Assembly (NCBI GenBank): GCA_045652765.1
Contig: JAZOLG010000020.1
Coordinates: forward strand, 4,889-68,888
Reading direction: 5' to 3'
Origin: Bacilli bacterium
GTDB taxonomy: Bacteria > Bacillota_I > Bacilli_A > ML615J-28 > CAG-313
Length of the DNA: 64,000 nucleotides
Shown: positions 29,760-38,146 of the stretch, piece by piece
Layout: every line of letters begins with the position of its first letter
Numbering within the stretch: position 1 is the first letter of the stretch
The notes under the pieces: generated by a model
Database searches by the model: none
What the model was told of the DNA's origin: nothing
The model's input: the letters and a program-made list of their open reading frames with translations, nothing else
Made by a program: the position numbers and the translations under genes

Positions 29760-29957
29760 ATGAATAGTACAACTTCAAAAAGCAGATCAAATGCTAACTA
29801 CCAACAAAACCAAGCATCTGGTATGAAGTATGAAATTGCTAACGAATTAGGCGTTAACTTAGGTCCAGACGCAACTGCTCGTGAAAACGGTACAGTTGGT
29901 GGCGAAATGACAAAACGTTTAGTTTCTATGGCTAAATCAAACTTAACTTCAAAATAG
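29760..29957 (+). CDS. ssp: Alpha/beta-type small acid-soluble spore protein
   Basis: 65 aa with both SASP signatures ([13 protein letters not shown] and [14 protein letters not shown]). Start at the ATG at 29760, with GGAGGTG 6 nt upstream. The ORF-track GTG start lies inside the RBS. Confidence 0.9.
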   Translation: MNSTTSKSRSNANYQQNQASGMKYEIANELGVNLGPDATARENGTVGGEMTKRLVSMAKSNLTSK

Positions 29958-29970
29958 TTAATATTAATTA

Positions 29971-29998
29971 AAAAAGTACTTGCTTAAGTACTTTTTTT
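29971..29998 (+). terminator. Intrinsic terminator after the SASP gene
   Basis: aaaaagtact-tgctta-agtacttttttt. Confidence 0.8.
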
Positions 29999-30053
29999 CT
30001 TTACAAATAAATAGATTTATGGTATTATGATTTAGCATATAAGGAGAGATTTT

Positions 30054-30608
30054 ATGGAAAATTTAGAATTAACAAAAAATCGTATGTTAGAGGTTGAAGA
30101 AAAATTATCAGAGTATAATAATCTAATTATTGAAAATGATCCTAAATCTTTAACTAAAGAATTTGAGGAAGAATATCGTGCATTACAAAAAGAATATGAA
30201 GAATTAAAACTAATTTTAAATGAAGAAAAAAATGAAATGAAAGAAAAAGTTGAATCTTTCTTTAATAAAGTTTCATTAGGTTTATTCTTTTATTTTGTAA
30301 TAATGTTTATATTAGCTTTTCCATTAATCGAATATTTAATTGGATTTGAAAGTTCACTTGCAATTCTAGAAAGAATTGGTGAATCAACAAAAAGTTTTAC
30401 TGAGTTACAAGTTAAAACACTTGCTGTAATTGGTTTTGTTGCATATCCATTTATTCTAACAATTATTAATACTATTGTTGGATTAATCTTTGTTCGCTCA
30501 AAAGAAAATAAAAAAGTATATTTTATTTGGAATATTATTTTTGCTTTACTTGTAGTAATTAGTGTAATTTGGGGTATTGTTTTTTTAAGTAATCAGGTGT
30601 TTGCATAA
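30054..30608 (+). CDS. Membrane protein with N-terminal coiled coil, unknown function
   Basis: 184 aa: about 70 aa of charged coiled coil, then three TM helices. It overlaps the following methyltransferase gene by 8 nt. Confidence 0.45.
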   Translation: MENLELTKNRMLEVEEKLSEYNNLIIENDPKSLTKEFEEEYRALQKEYEELKLILNEEKNEMKEKVESFFNKVSLGLFFYFVIMFILAFPLIEYLIGFESSLAILERIGESTKSFTELQVKTLAVIGFVAYPFILTIINTIVGLIFVRSKENKKVYFIWNIIFALLVVISVIWGIVFLSNQVFA

Positions 30609-31347
30609 TATGGAAATAATTAAGTCAACTACAAATCCTAAAATAAAATATTACTTAAGTCTTCGCAAAAGAAGCGAAAGATATAGTGAACAAAAATTTC
30701 TTGTTGAGGGCTTACATCTAACTGAAGAAGCGTATAAAAATAATTTATTAGAAGTTGTTTTGTCTACTGACGAAGCGGTATTAGAAAAATTTAATAATGC
30801 AAAACAAATTTTAGTTAATGAAATAGTCATTAACAAATTATCAACGACAACAACACCACAAAATATCATAGGTGTTGTTAAAATGAAAAATAATGAATTT
30901 AACAGTCAAGATAAATATGTTGTTTTAGATGACATCAATGATCCAGGAAATTTTGGAACAATCATTAGAACAGCTCTTGCACTTGGTGTTAAAGATATTA
31001 TAGTTAGTCCTAATACAGTCGATGAATATAATGAAAAAACTTTACGAGCAACTCAAGGCGCTATTTTTAAAGCCAACATTTTAAGACTCGACTTAGAAGA
31101 AGCATATCAAAAATTAAAGGAAGAACATATTCCTATTATAACAACTAGTTTACAAGCAAAATACAAATTAAGTGAAATGCCAAAAATAAATCGTTTTGCG
31201 GTTGTTCTTGGTAATGAAGCAAGAGGTATAAGTGAAATATCAAAAACAAATAGCGATGAGTCAATCATTATACCTTTACAAAATGATATTGAATCACTTA
31301 ATGTTGCGATTGCGTTTAGTATCGTTTTATATAGTTTAATCAACTAA
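30601..31347 (+). CDS. SpoU/TrmH-family RNA 2'-O-methyltransferase
   Basis: 248 aa with a C-terminal SPOUT domain (VVLDDINDPGNFGTIIRTALALGV, VVLGNEARGIS, ESLNVAIAFSIVLY). Confidence 0.8.
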   Translation: MHNMEIIKSTTNPKIKYYLSLRKRSERYSEQKFLVEGLHLTEEAYKNNLLEVVLSTDEAVLEKFNNAKQILVNEIVINKLSTTTTPQNIIGVVKMKNNEFNSQDKYVVLDDINDPGNFGTIIRTALALGVKDIIVSPNTVDEYNEKTLRATQGAIFKANILRLDLEEAYQKLKEEHIPIITTSLQAKYKLSEMPKINRFAVVLGNEARGISEISKTNSDESIIIPLQNDIESLNVAIAFSIVLYSLIN

Positions 31348-31364
31348 AGAAAGGAGAAACCGAT

Positions 31365-32639
31365 ATGGGTAAATGGTATCCACTAGATAACGCTGCACAA
31401 ATCTTTCCAGCCTTAATTAAGAAGAAAGATACCAATTCTTTTAGATTATCAGCTCTATTGTATGAAGACGTGGATCCTAATATTTTAAAAGATGCTATTT
31501 CTAAAACATTAGAAAGATATCCTACTTTTAAGGTATTACTTCGCAAAGGGTTATTTTGGTATTATTTAAATGAAAATCCATTTGAACCAGTGGTCAGAAA
31601 AGAAGACCCATATTTCTGTGAGTCTCAAAACTTTAGAAAACAAAATTATTATTTATTTAATGTAATGTATTGTGGCAGAAGAATTTCTATTGATGTTTTC
31701 CATGGTCTAACTGATGGTAATGGAGGAATGGAATTTTTAAAATCTTTGGTCTATAATTACTTATTGTTGAAAGGTTATAATATTCCTGATGAAGGTAAGG
31801 TTCTAACTAATGCCTTTGAACAATTATTAGATGAATCACAAGATAGTTTTGCATATAATTATCAAAAAGATGTAAAGCAAAAAAGTCAAGAATCAAAAGC
31901 TTTCCAAATGACTGGTAAAGTGCATAAAGACAATTGGACATCAGCCATTCAAGCAATTATGGAATTAGATAGTTTAAAAACTGCTTCAAAAAAATATAAT
32001 GTGACTATTACAGAATACTTAGGTGCATTATTAGTATTTGCTATTCATCAAGAATATCAAATTAAAGAAAAAAATAAAAAGAATAAAAAAAGACCAATTA
32101 GATTGTTTGTTCCAGTCAATGTACGTAAGTATTTTAAATCAAAAACATTAAGAAATTTTGTATTATTTATTCGAACAACATCACAGTTCAAAGATGATGT
32201 TACATTTGATGAAGTATTAATGCATATCAAAGATACTTTTAAGAAAGAAATTAATCAAGAACAAATGCTTGCAAGACTTAAAACTAATATGAAACTGGAA
32301 AAGAATTTCTTTGTTCGTTTCATGCCTCTTGCAATTAAAGTATTAATTATTCGTGCTGTTTATAGTTTTATTGGAACTGGATCAAATACAATATCTTTTT
32401 CTAATTTGGGTTTAATGGAAGTTCCAAGCGAAATGATTAAATACGTAGAAAGATTTGATTTTGCAAATGGCGCATCAAGTCGTTCACCAATTAATGCGAG
32501 CCTAGTAACTTATAATAATCAAGCTGTTTTAACATTTGCAGGTGCAATCATTGAAAGAAAATTACAGAAGAAAGTCATTGAAATGCTTCAAAGTGATGGT
32601 GTTAAACTCCACGTTGAAACAAATGATCTAGAGGTGTAA
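31365..32639 (+). CDS. HxxxDG-motif acyltransferase-like protein (CAT/condensation superfamily; AATase/WS-DGAT-like)
   Basis: 424 aa with the motif FHGLTDGNGG about 110 residues from the N-terminus. Overall size and layout resemble the alcohol-acetyltransferase/WS-DGAT family; specificity is unknown. Confidence 0.45.
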   Translation: MGKWYPLDNAAQIFPALIKKKDTNSFRLSALLYEDVDPNILKDAISKTLERYPTFKVLLRKGLFWYYLNENPFEPVVRKEDPYFCESQNFRKQNYYLFNVMYCGRRISIDVFHGLTDGNGGMEFLKSLVYNYLLLKGYNIPDEGKVLTNAFEQLLDESQDSFAYNYQKDVKQKSQESKAFQMTGKVHKDNWTSAIQAIMELDSLKTASKKYNVTITEYLGALLVFAIHQEYQIKEKNKKNKKRPIRLFVPVNVRKYFKSKTLRNFVLFIRTTSQFKDDVTFDEVLMHIKDTFKKEINQEQMLARLKTNMKLEKNFFVRFMPLAIKVLIIRAVYSFIGTGSNTISFSNLGLMEVPSEMIKYVERFDFANGASSRSPINASLVTYNNQAVLTFAGAIIERKLQKKVIEMLQSDGVKLHVETNDLEV

Positions 32640-32640
32640 G

Positions 32641-33324
32641 ATGAAAAGATGTCCATCATGCAATATAAATTATGATACTGATCGAAAATCATGTCCATTT
32701 TGTCGCGAAATACTAGAAGAAATAAGTGAATCAAAATTTCAAGCATATCCTAAATACAAAGAAACCAAAACTAAGAAAAGAATGGTTGAAAAAATCTTTA
32801 TATTCTTAAGTATTGTTTCTGTTGTTATTTGTGCGATTTCTAATTATTATGACTATAGAGCCGGACACACGTATTTATGGAGTGTAGTTGTACTAATTGG
32901 AATTATATTACTTTGGGTTTTCATTCGTGGAATTATTATTTCTAATCGATATTTTGCTGAAAGGTTTTTATTTGTAATACTATTACTTCAATTAATGATG
33001 ATGTCAATAGAATTAATTGATATAAAATATTGGCATTTAGATTGGTCTTTAACATATATGTTACCAATACTTACTGTATGTTATCTTGGAACATTAGTAT
33101 TATATTCAATGATTAAACCAATAAAATTTGCTGAATTCTTCATATATATTTTATTAATTTCCCTTGCTGCTGTTTCTCAAATATTATTAGTAATTTTTAA
33201 TAAAGTGTCTATTGATTGGCCAATCTTAGCATCTTCATTAACCGGATTATTTGTAATTATAGGGATAATTTTATTTCCTACAAAAACAGCGAAAGAAGAA
33301 CTTAAGAAAAGACTAAGAGCATAA
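32641..33324 (+). CDS. Zinc-ribbon-containing polytopic membrane protein
   Basis: 227 aa with N-terminal CPSCN...CPFC, then five or six TM helices. Its start abuts the stop of the acyltransferase-like gene. Confidence 0.45.
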   Translation: MKRCPSCNINYDTDRKSCPFCREILEEISESKFQAYPKYKETKTKKRMVEKIFIFLSIVSVVICAISNYYDYRAGHTYLWSVVVLIGIILLWVFIRGIIISNRYFAERFLFVILLLQLMMMSIELIDIKYWHLDWSLTYMLPILTVCYLGTLVLYSMIKPIKFAEFFIYILLISLAAVSQILLVIFNKVSIDWPILASSLTGLFVIIGIILFPTKTAKEELKKRLRA

Positions 33325-33423
33325 GAGTTAAATAGATTTCTGTTTAACTCTTTTTAAATTATATGATTAGACTAAAATACAATGATATGATATAATATAC
33401 TAACAAATAATGAGGATACACAT

Positions 33424-34086
33424 ATGAAACTATTTTACAAAATAATAGGCGTATTTATAGGTACAATGATTATGGGATTTGGAGTTGCGATGTTTGACCT
33501 ATCTAGTTTAGGTTTTGATGCATTATCAGCTTTAGTTATTTCATTACAAAATCTCATTCATGTTACTTATTCTTTGGCTTATATTTTATTAAACTTAATT
33601 TTTTTGATATTTATGATCATTTTTTTAAGAAATCAAATTGGAATTGGTACAATCATTAACTATTTATTTACAGGCATATTTTGTGATATATTTATGTTCA
33701 TATTTAAATTAGTTAACTTGAATCATTCACATTTATTAATTATTAATATAATTTATGGATTAATTGGAGTATTATTATTAGCACTTGGTATTGCGATATA
33801 TGCTAACGCAAACCTAGGCCTAACACCGTATGATTCAATACCTATTATTATCACTAAGTACGTAAGACTATTTAATAAACCGATTAAATTCCATTTTGCG
33901 AGAAAAATAATTGATGGAGTTTGTTTATCTTTAGCATTAGTTATTGGCATATTAATTCTTAAACAAACAAATATTATTGGAATTAATACAATCATTCCTT
34001 TAATAGTTATAGGATATTTAGTAAGTTTCTTTAGTAAAATAGTAAATAAATATATATATAAAACAAAAAATGATATGTTTAATTAA
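33424..34086 (+). CDS. YczE/YitT-like integral membrane protein
   Basis: 220 aa with six TM helices and a family-like N-terminal GFGVAMF motif. A terminator hairpin at 33323-33355 and a TTAGAC-18-TATAAT promoter lie upstream. Confidence 0.45.
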   Translation: MKLFYKIIGVFIGTMIMGFGVAMFDLSSLGFDALSALVISLQNLIHVTYSLAYILLNLIFLIFMIIFLRNQIGIGTIINYLFTGIFCDIFMFIFKLVNLNHSHLLIINIIYGLIGVLLLALGIAIYANANLGLTPYDSIPIIITKYVRLFNKPIKFHFARKIIDGVCLSLALVIGILILKQTNIIGINTIIPLIVIGYLVSFFSKIVNKYIYKTKNDMFN

Positions 34087-34117
34087 AAAAAGGAAAGATT
34101 TAATCTTTCCTTTTTTA
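34086..34117. terminator. Bidirectional terminator
   Basis: aggaaag-atttaat-ctttcct flanked by A7 and T6. Confidence 0.8.
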
Positions 34118-35755
34118 TTACACATTAAAGCAACTTCCACCAATAAATTCACGAATTAGTGAATTACATGGTATTGAATCTTCTTCAATTTCTGTGAAAT
34201 ATTTTAAATATTTAATTAAACGATTAGCAGTAATATAAAATTCACTTTCATTAGATATTTCTTTTAATAAAGGCATGGCGTATTTTTTAAGAACACAAAG
34301 TTCATATGAAAGAGCAGAGTTATAAACATAATTAGATTGTTCTTGATGAGGATAAATCCATTTAAATTCACCATTTCTTACAGACTTCCACATATCCATA
34401 GTTTTTTCAGCGCTAGCATTTCTAAATTCTTTATCCCGAACGATACGACGTAATAGTCTTAAATCTGTTGTAGAAATAGGTGTATGATTATCCATATTCA
34501 CCTGAATTTGTGGTGAAATAAAGATTTTAAATTTTTGATGTTTAGGAATAGAAGAACTCATTTGTTCATTTAAAGCATGAATACCCTCAATAATAATTGG
34601 TGAATTTTGCGGTACTTTAACTTTATGTCCCTTTACTCGTCTAGCAATAGTAAAATCAAATCTTGGCACATCAACTTCTTCACCATTGATTAGTTTATAC
34701 ATATGTTCGTTAAATAATTCAATATCTAAAGTATTAATATCTTCCAAATCTAATTTACCATCAGGACCTGGTAGAATCTTATCTCGATCAATATAATAGT
34801 CATCCATTGAAATAGTATATGGTGTAATGCCTCTTGACATTAACGCAATTCTTAAACGATTGGAAAATGTTGTTTTACCACTACTACTTGGTCCAGCAAT
34901 TAAAATCAAACGAATATTTTCAATGTCTTTCGCAATCATATCACTAAGTTCAGCTAACATATTATTATGTTTTGTTTCGCAAATTTGCACGAAATCTCTT
35001 GTGTTTTCCTTGACACGATCATTAATTTTGTCAACTGTTTCAGCATTAACAGTATGGGCCCATTTAGATGCGGCTTTTAAAGTTTTACCATAGATAATCG
35101 ATTCTTCAAATGGTGGAATTTCACCATTATATTCTGATCTAGGATATTGAATTATTAAACCTGGAGAATATGGTTTAATTTCAAACTTATTAATATATCC
35201 TGTACTTGGAGCCATATATGCATGCATATAGTTATAGTAATTTCCACATTTATATAGGTGAACTAACGTTTCAGGGCGATATGCTAATATGTCTAATTTA
35301 TCATGAAGATTGAACTCTTTATATATTCTTTCAGCTTCATCCAAGTCAACAGTAACACGTTCAATTGGTAAGTCTTCTAAAACTAATTTTTGAATATAGT
35401 TTTTAATATTGTTTGAAACAGTCATATCAATAATAAAATTTGGTGTTTCTGATTTAACAAAGATCGAACGAGATACATTATAGCTGAAACGGACAATAAC
35501 ATTTGGATATAAATCGTGAAAAGCTTTCGCAAGCATATAACGTAATGTTGCTTCATAAGTCTTCATTGATTCAGTATTATCAATGCCTAAAAACTCAATT
35601 TCAGCACTTTTATTAAGAACGTATGTAAGTTCTCTAAGTCTTCCGTTTACTTTACATGTGTAATAATTTTTTTGAACACTTGGATCTAATAATTCTAATA
35701 GACGTGTTCCTTTTTTAATTGTTTTTGTTGTTTCATTTAATTTAACTTTTATCAT
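34118..35755 (-). CDS. TGS-domain / P-loop nucleoside kinase (uridine-kinase/PRK-like) fusion protein
   Basis: 545 aa: an N-terminal ThrRS-like TGS/second additional domain, then the Walker A IAGPSSSGKTT typical of the Udk/PRK kinase family. Confidence 0.55.
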   Translation of the reverse strand: MIKVKLNETTKTIKKGTRLLELLDPSVQKNYYTCKVNGRLRELTYVLNKSAEIEFLGIDNTESMKTYEATLRYMLAKAFHDLYPNVIVRFSYNVSRSIFVKSETPNFIIDMTVSNNIKNYIQKLVLEDLPIERVTVDLDEAERIYKEFNLHDKLDILAYRPETLVHLYKCGNYYNYMHAYMAPSTGYINKFEIKPYSPGLIIQYPRSEYNGEIPPFEESIIYGKTLKAASKWAHTVNAETVDKINDRVKENTRDFVQICETKHNNMLAELSDMIAKDIENIRLILIAGPSSSGKTTFSNRLRIALMSRGITPYTISMDDYYIDRDKILPGPDGKLDLEDINTLDIELFNEHMYKLINGEEVDVPRFDFTIARRVKGHKVKVPQNSPIIIEGIHALNEQMSSSIPKHQKFKIFISPQIQVNMDNHTPISTTDLRLLRRIVRDKEFRNASAEKTMDMWKSVRNGEFKWIYPHQEQSNYVYNSALSYELCVLKKYAMPLLKEISNESEFYITANRLIKYLKYFTEIEEDSIPCNSLIREFIGGSCFNV

Positions 35756-35875
35756 ATAATCACCACTTATATTTTAACCGAAAAATAAATTTCAATCAAG
35801 TATTTTGCAATTAGCAAATTTCAACATAATATGAATTAATATTATGATAGACTATTTAATAATATGATGCTTTAC

Positions 35876-35904
35876 TTGACTATTTATTAATTTTATGGTA
35901 TTAT
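35876..35904 (+). promoter_or_regulatory. Sigma-A promoter of the rimP-nusA-infB operon
   Basis: TTGACT at 35876-35881, a 17-nt spacer, then TATTAT at 35899-35904. Confidence 0.6.
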
Positions 35905-35932
35905 TATATTACCTGATTAATCATGCTAATTC

Positions 35933-35960
35933 GAGTGAGCTTCTGCTCACTCTTTAATTT
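35933..35960 (+). promoter_or_regulatory. Leader hairpin (candidate NusA-dependent attenuator) upstream of rimP
   Basis: Perfect 8-bp stem gagtgagc-ttct-gctcactc followed by tttaattt. It sits between the promoter and the rimP RBS. Confidence 0.45.
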
Positions 35961-35979
35961 GGAAAGTGAGGTTTTAAAA

Positions 35980-36459
35980 ATGACCGAATTAGAAAAGAAA
36001 ATTTGGGATATGACATTACCAATATGTGAAAAAAACAATGTCGAACTAGTAGAGGTAAATTTTAAGAAAGTTCATAATGAATATATTTTAGAAGTTTTAA
36101 TTGATAACGAAGAAGGCATTACTTTAGATGATGCGACAAACGTTAATCAAGAATTAAGTGATTTATTAGATGTAGTAGATCCAATTGACACTAGTTATTG
36201 TTTAGAAGTGTCATCGGTAGGTGCAGAACGTGAACTTAAAAATGATGCACATCTTACAAAGGCGATAGGTAAATATGTAAATGTTAAAACTTATGAAAAG
36301 ATTCAAATTGATAAATATTTAGTAAAAGAATTTGAAGGTGATCTTGTTTCATTTAATGAAGAAGAATATGTAATTGAAACAATGGTAAAAACTAGAAAAA
36401 TAACAGTTAATGTAAAAAGACAGTTAGTTGCGAAAATCAGACTAGCAATAAAATTTTAG
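35980..36459 (+). CDS. rimP: Ribosome maturation factor RimP
   Basis: Start at the ATG at 35980 (MTELEKKIWDM...), with RBS GTGAGG. The ORF-track N-terminal extension would run through the leader hairpin. Conserved position before nusA. Confidence 0.85.
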   Translation: MTELEKKIWDMTLPICEKNNVELVEVNFKKVHNEYILEVLIDNEEGITLDDATNVNQELSDLLDVVDPIDTSYCLEVSSVGAERELKNDAHLTKAIGKYVNVKTYEKIQIDKYLVKEFEGDLVSFNEEEYVIETMVKTRKITVNVKRQLVAKIRLAIKF

Positions 36460-36468
36460 AGGTGAATT

Positions 36469-37548
36469 ATGACAAGCAAAGTTTTATATGAAATGATAGA
36501 ATTAGTTGCACAAGAAAGAAATCTAGTTGTAGAAGATGTTATGGAAAAAGTAGCAGTTGCTCTAAAAAAAGCTTGTGCACTTGAAGGATTTAGTGGTGAT
36601 GTTCAAATTGAGTTTTTTCCAGATAAGAAAAAAATTCGTGCAATTGAATATAAATATGTAGTTGCTGAAATCGATCCAGAAGGACAACCTGGTCAAATCT
36701 TATTAGAAGATGCAAAATTAATTAAAGATCGTGTAAGAGTTGGTTCAACAATTAGACATGAAATTAGTATTGAAAAGAATATTGGTCGTAAAGGCGCAAC
36801 TCAATTTAAACAATTATTCACTCAAGGCTTAAAAGAACTTGGTAGAAAACGTGCATATGAATTCTTTAAAGATCGCGAAAATGAAATGATTACTGCGAAA
36901 GTTCATAAAGTATTAGAAGATGCTTATATTTTAGGTATTGGTTTAGATTATGACGCATATATGCCTAAACAAGAAGCACTACCAAATGAAACATTATCAC
37001 TAGGTGATGAAGTTAAAGTATACATTGTAAAAGTTGAAGAAACTGGAAAAGGTCCAAAAGTTTTTGTCTCAAGAAAACATGTTGGTATCGTAAAAAGATT
37101 ATTCGAAACATATATTCCAGAAGTATCTGATGGAACTATTGAAATAGTTAACATCGCAAGAGACGCTGGTTCTAGAACAAAAATTGGTATTCGTACTGAT
37201 GATGTTAACTTAGAACCTAAAGGTGCTTGTGTTGGTTTACAAGGTTCAAGAATTAGACAAGTTAATAATGCATTAAACGGAGAAAGAATTGACATCTTTG
37301 TATGGCAAAACGATCCAGTACAATTAATTGCTCAAGCCTTAACACCAGCAAGAGCAATGAGTGTACTAGTAACACCTGAAACTCGTCAAGCATTAGTAAT
37401 TGTTCCTGATATGCAATATTCACTTGCGATTGGTAAGGCTGGTCAAAATGCTCGTCTTGCATCACAAGTTACTGGATGGAAAATTGACATTAAAGATGAA
37501 TCAACTGCATATCGTGAAAAATTAAAATTTAAGATTAATGTTCTTTAA
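36469..37548 (+). CDS. nusA: Transcription termination/antitermination factor NusA
   Basis: 359 aa: N-terminal domain, S1 and two KH domains (GACVGLQGSRIRQV, IGKAGQNARLA). Confidence 0.95.
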   Translation: MTSKVLYEMIELVAQERNLVVEDVMEKVAVALKKACALEGFSGDVQIEFFPDKKKIRAIEYKYVVAEIDPEGQPGQILLEDAKLIKDRVRVGSTIRHEISIEKNIGRKGATQFKQLFTQGLKELGRKRAYEFFKDRENEMITAKVHKVLEDAYILGIGLDYDAYMPKQEALPNETLSLGDEVKVYIVKVEETGKGPKVFVSRKHVGIVKRLFETYIPEVSDGTIEIVNIARDAGSRTKIGIRTDDVNLEPKGACVGLQGSRIRQVNNALNGERIDIFVWQNDPVQLIAQALTPARAMSVLVTPETRQALVIVPDMQYSLAIGKAGQNARLASQVTGWKIDIKDESTAYREKLKFKINVL

Positions 37549-37560
37549 TAAGGTGATCTA

Positions 37561-37818
37561 ATGAAAGAGAAAAAGATCCCTCTAAGAAAGTGTGTAATAA
37601 CAGGTGAACAACACCCAAAAAGTGAAATGTTTCGCGTTGTTAGAACGCCAGATGGTGATGTTGTCATTGATTTGATTGGTAAAGTCAAAGGACATGGAGC
37701 TTATGTTTCCAAAGACAAAAAAGTAATCGAAATGGCAAGAAAGAAAAAAACATTAAATCGTGCATTGGAAATTGAAGTTCCAGAAACTATATATGATGAA
37801 CTTATAGAAAAACTATAG
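37561..37818 (+). CDS. ylxR: YlxR/DUF448 RNA-binding protein
   Basis: 85 aa with the motif PLRKCVITGE, in the conserved position between nusA and infB. Confidence 0.85.
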   Translation: MKEKKIPLRKCVITGEQHPKSEMFRVVRTPDGDVVIDLIGKVKGHGAYVSKDKKVIEMARKKKTLNRALEIEVPETIYDELIEKL

Positions 37819-37825
37819 GTGAAAC

Positions 37826-38125
37826 ATGGATAAAAGATTAAATTATTTAGGGCTTGCAAGAAGAAGTAGACACTTAATTGCAGGTACTGATTCTACAATC
37901 ACAGCCCTACAAAATAATAAATTACATCTAATTGTTCTAGCAAGTGATGCATCTTTGAGTACTAAAGACAAAGTAATAAAAAAAGCTTTTTTCTACAAAG
38001 TACCAGTATTAGATATATATAATATATCATCAATAAGCCAAGCAACTGGAATCAAAAACCCCGTTGTATGCGGAATTGATGATTTAGGACTTGCAAAAGC
38101 AATCTTAGAAATAAAAGAAAGCTAA
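37826..38125 (+). CDS. ylxQ: L7Ae-family ribosomal-protein-like YlxQ
   Basis: 99-aa L7Ae/L30e fold, in the conserved position. Confidence 0.8.
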   Translation: MDKRLNYLGLARRSRHLIAGTDSTITALQNNKLHLIVLASDASLSTKDKVIKKAFFYKVPVLDIYNISSISQATGIKNPVVCGIDDLGLAKAILEIKES

Positions 38126-38146
38126 TAATTGAAAGAAGGTGGCCCG

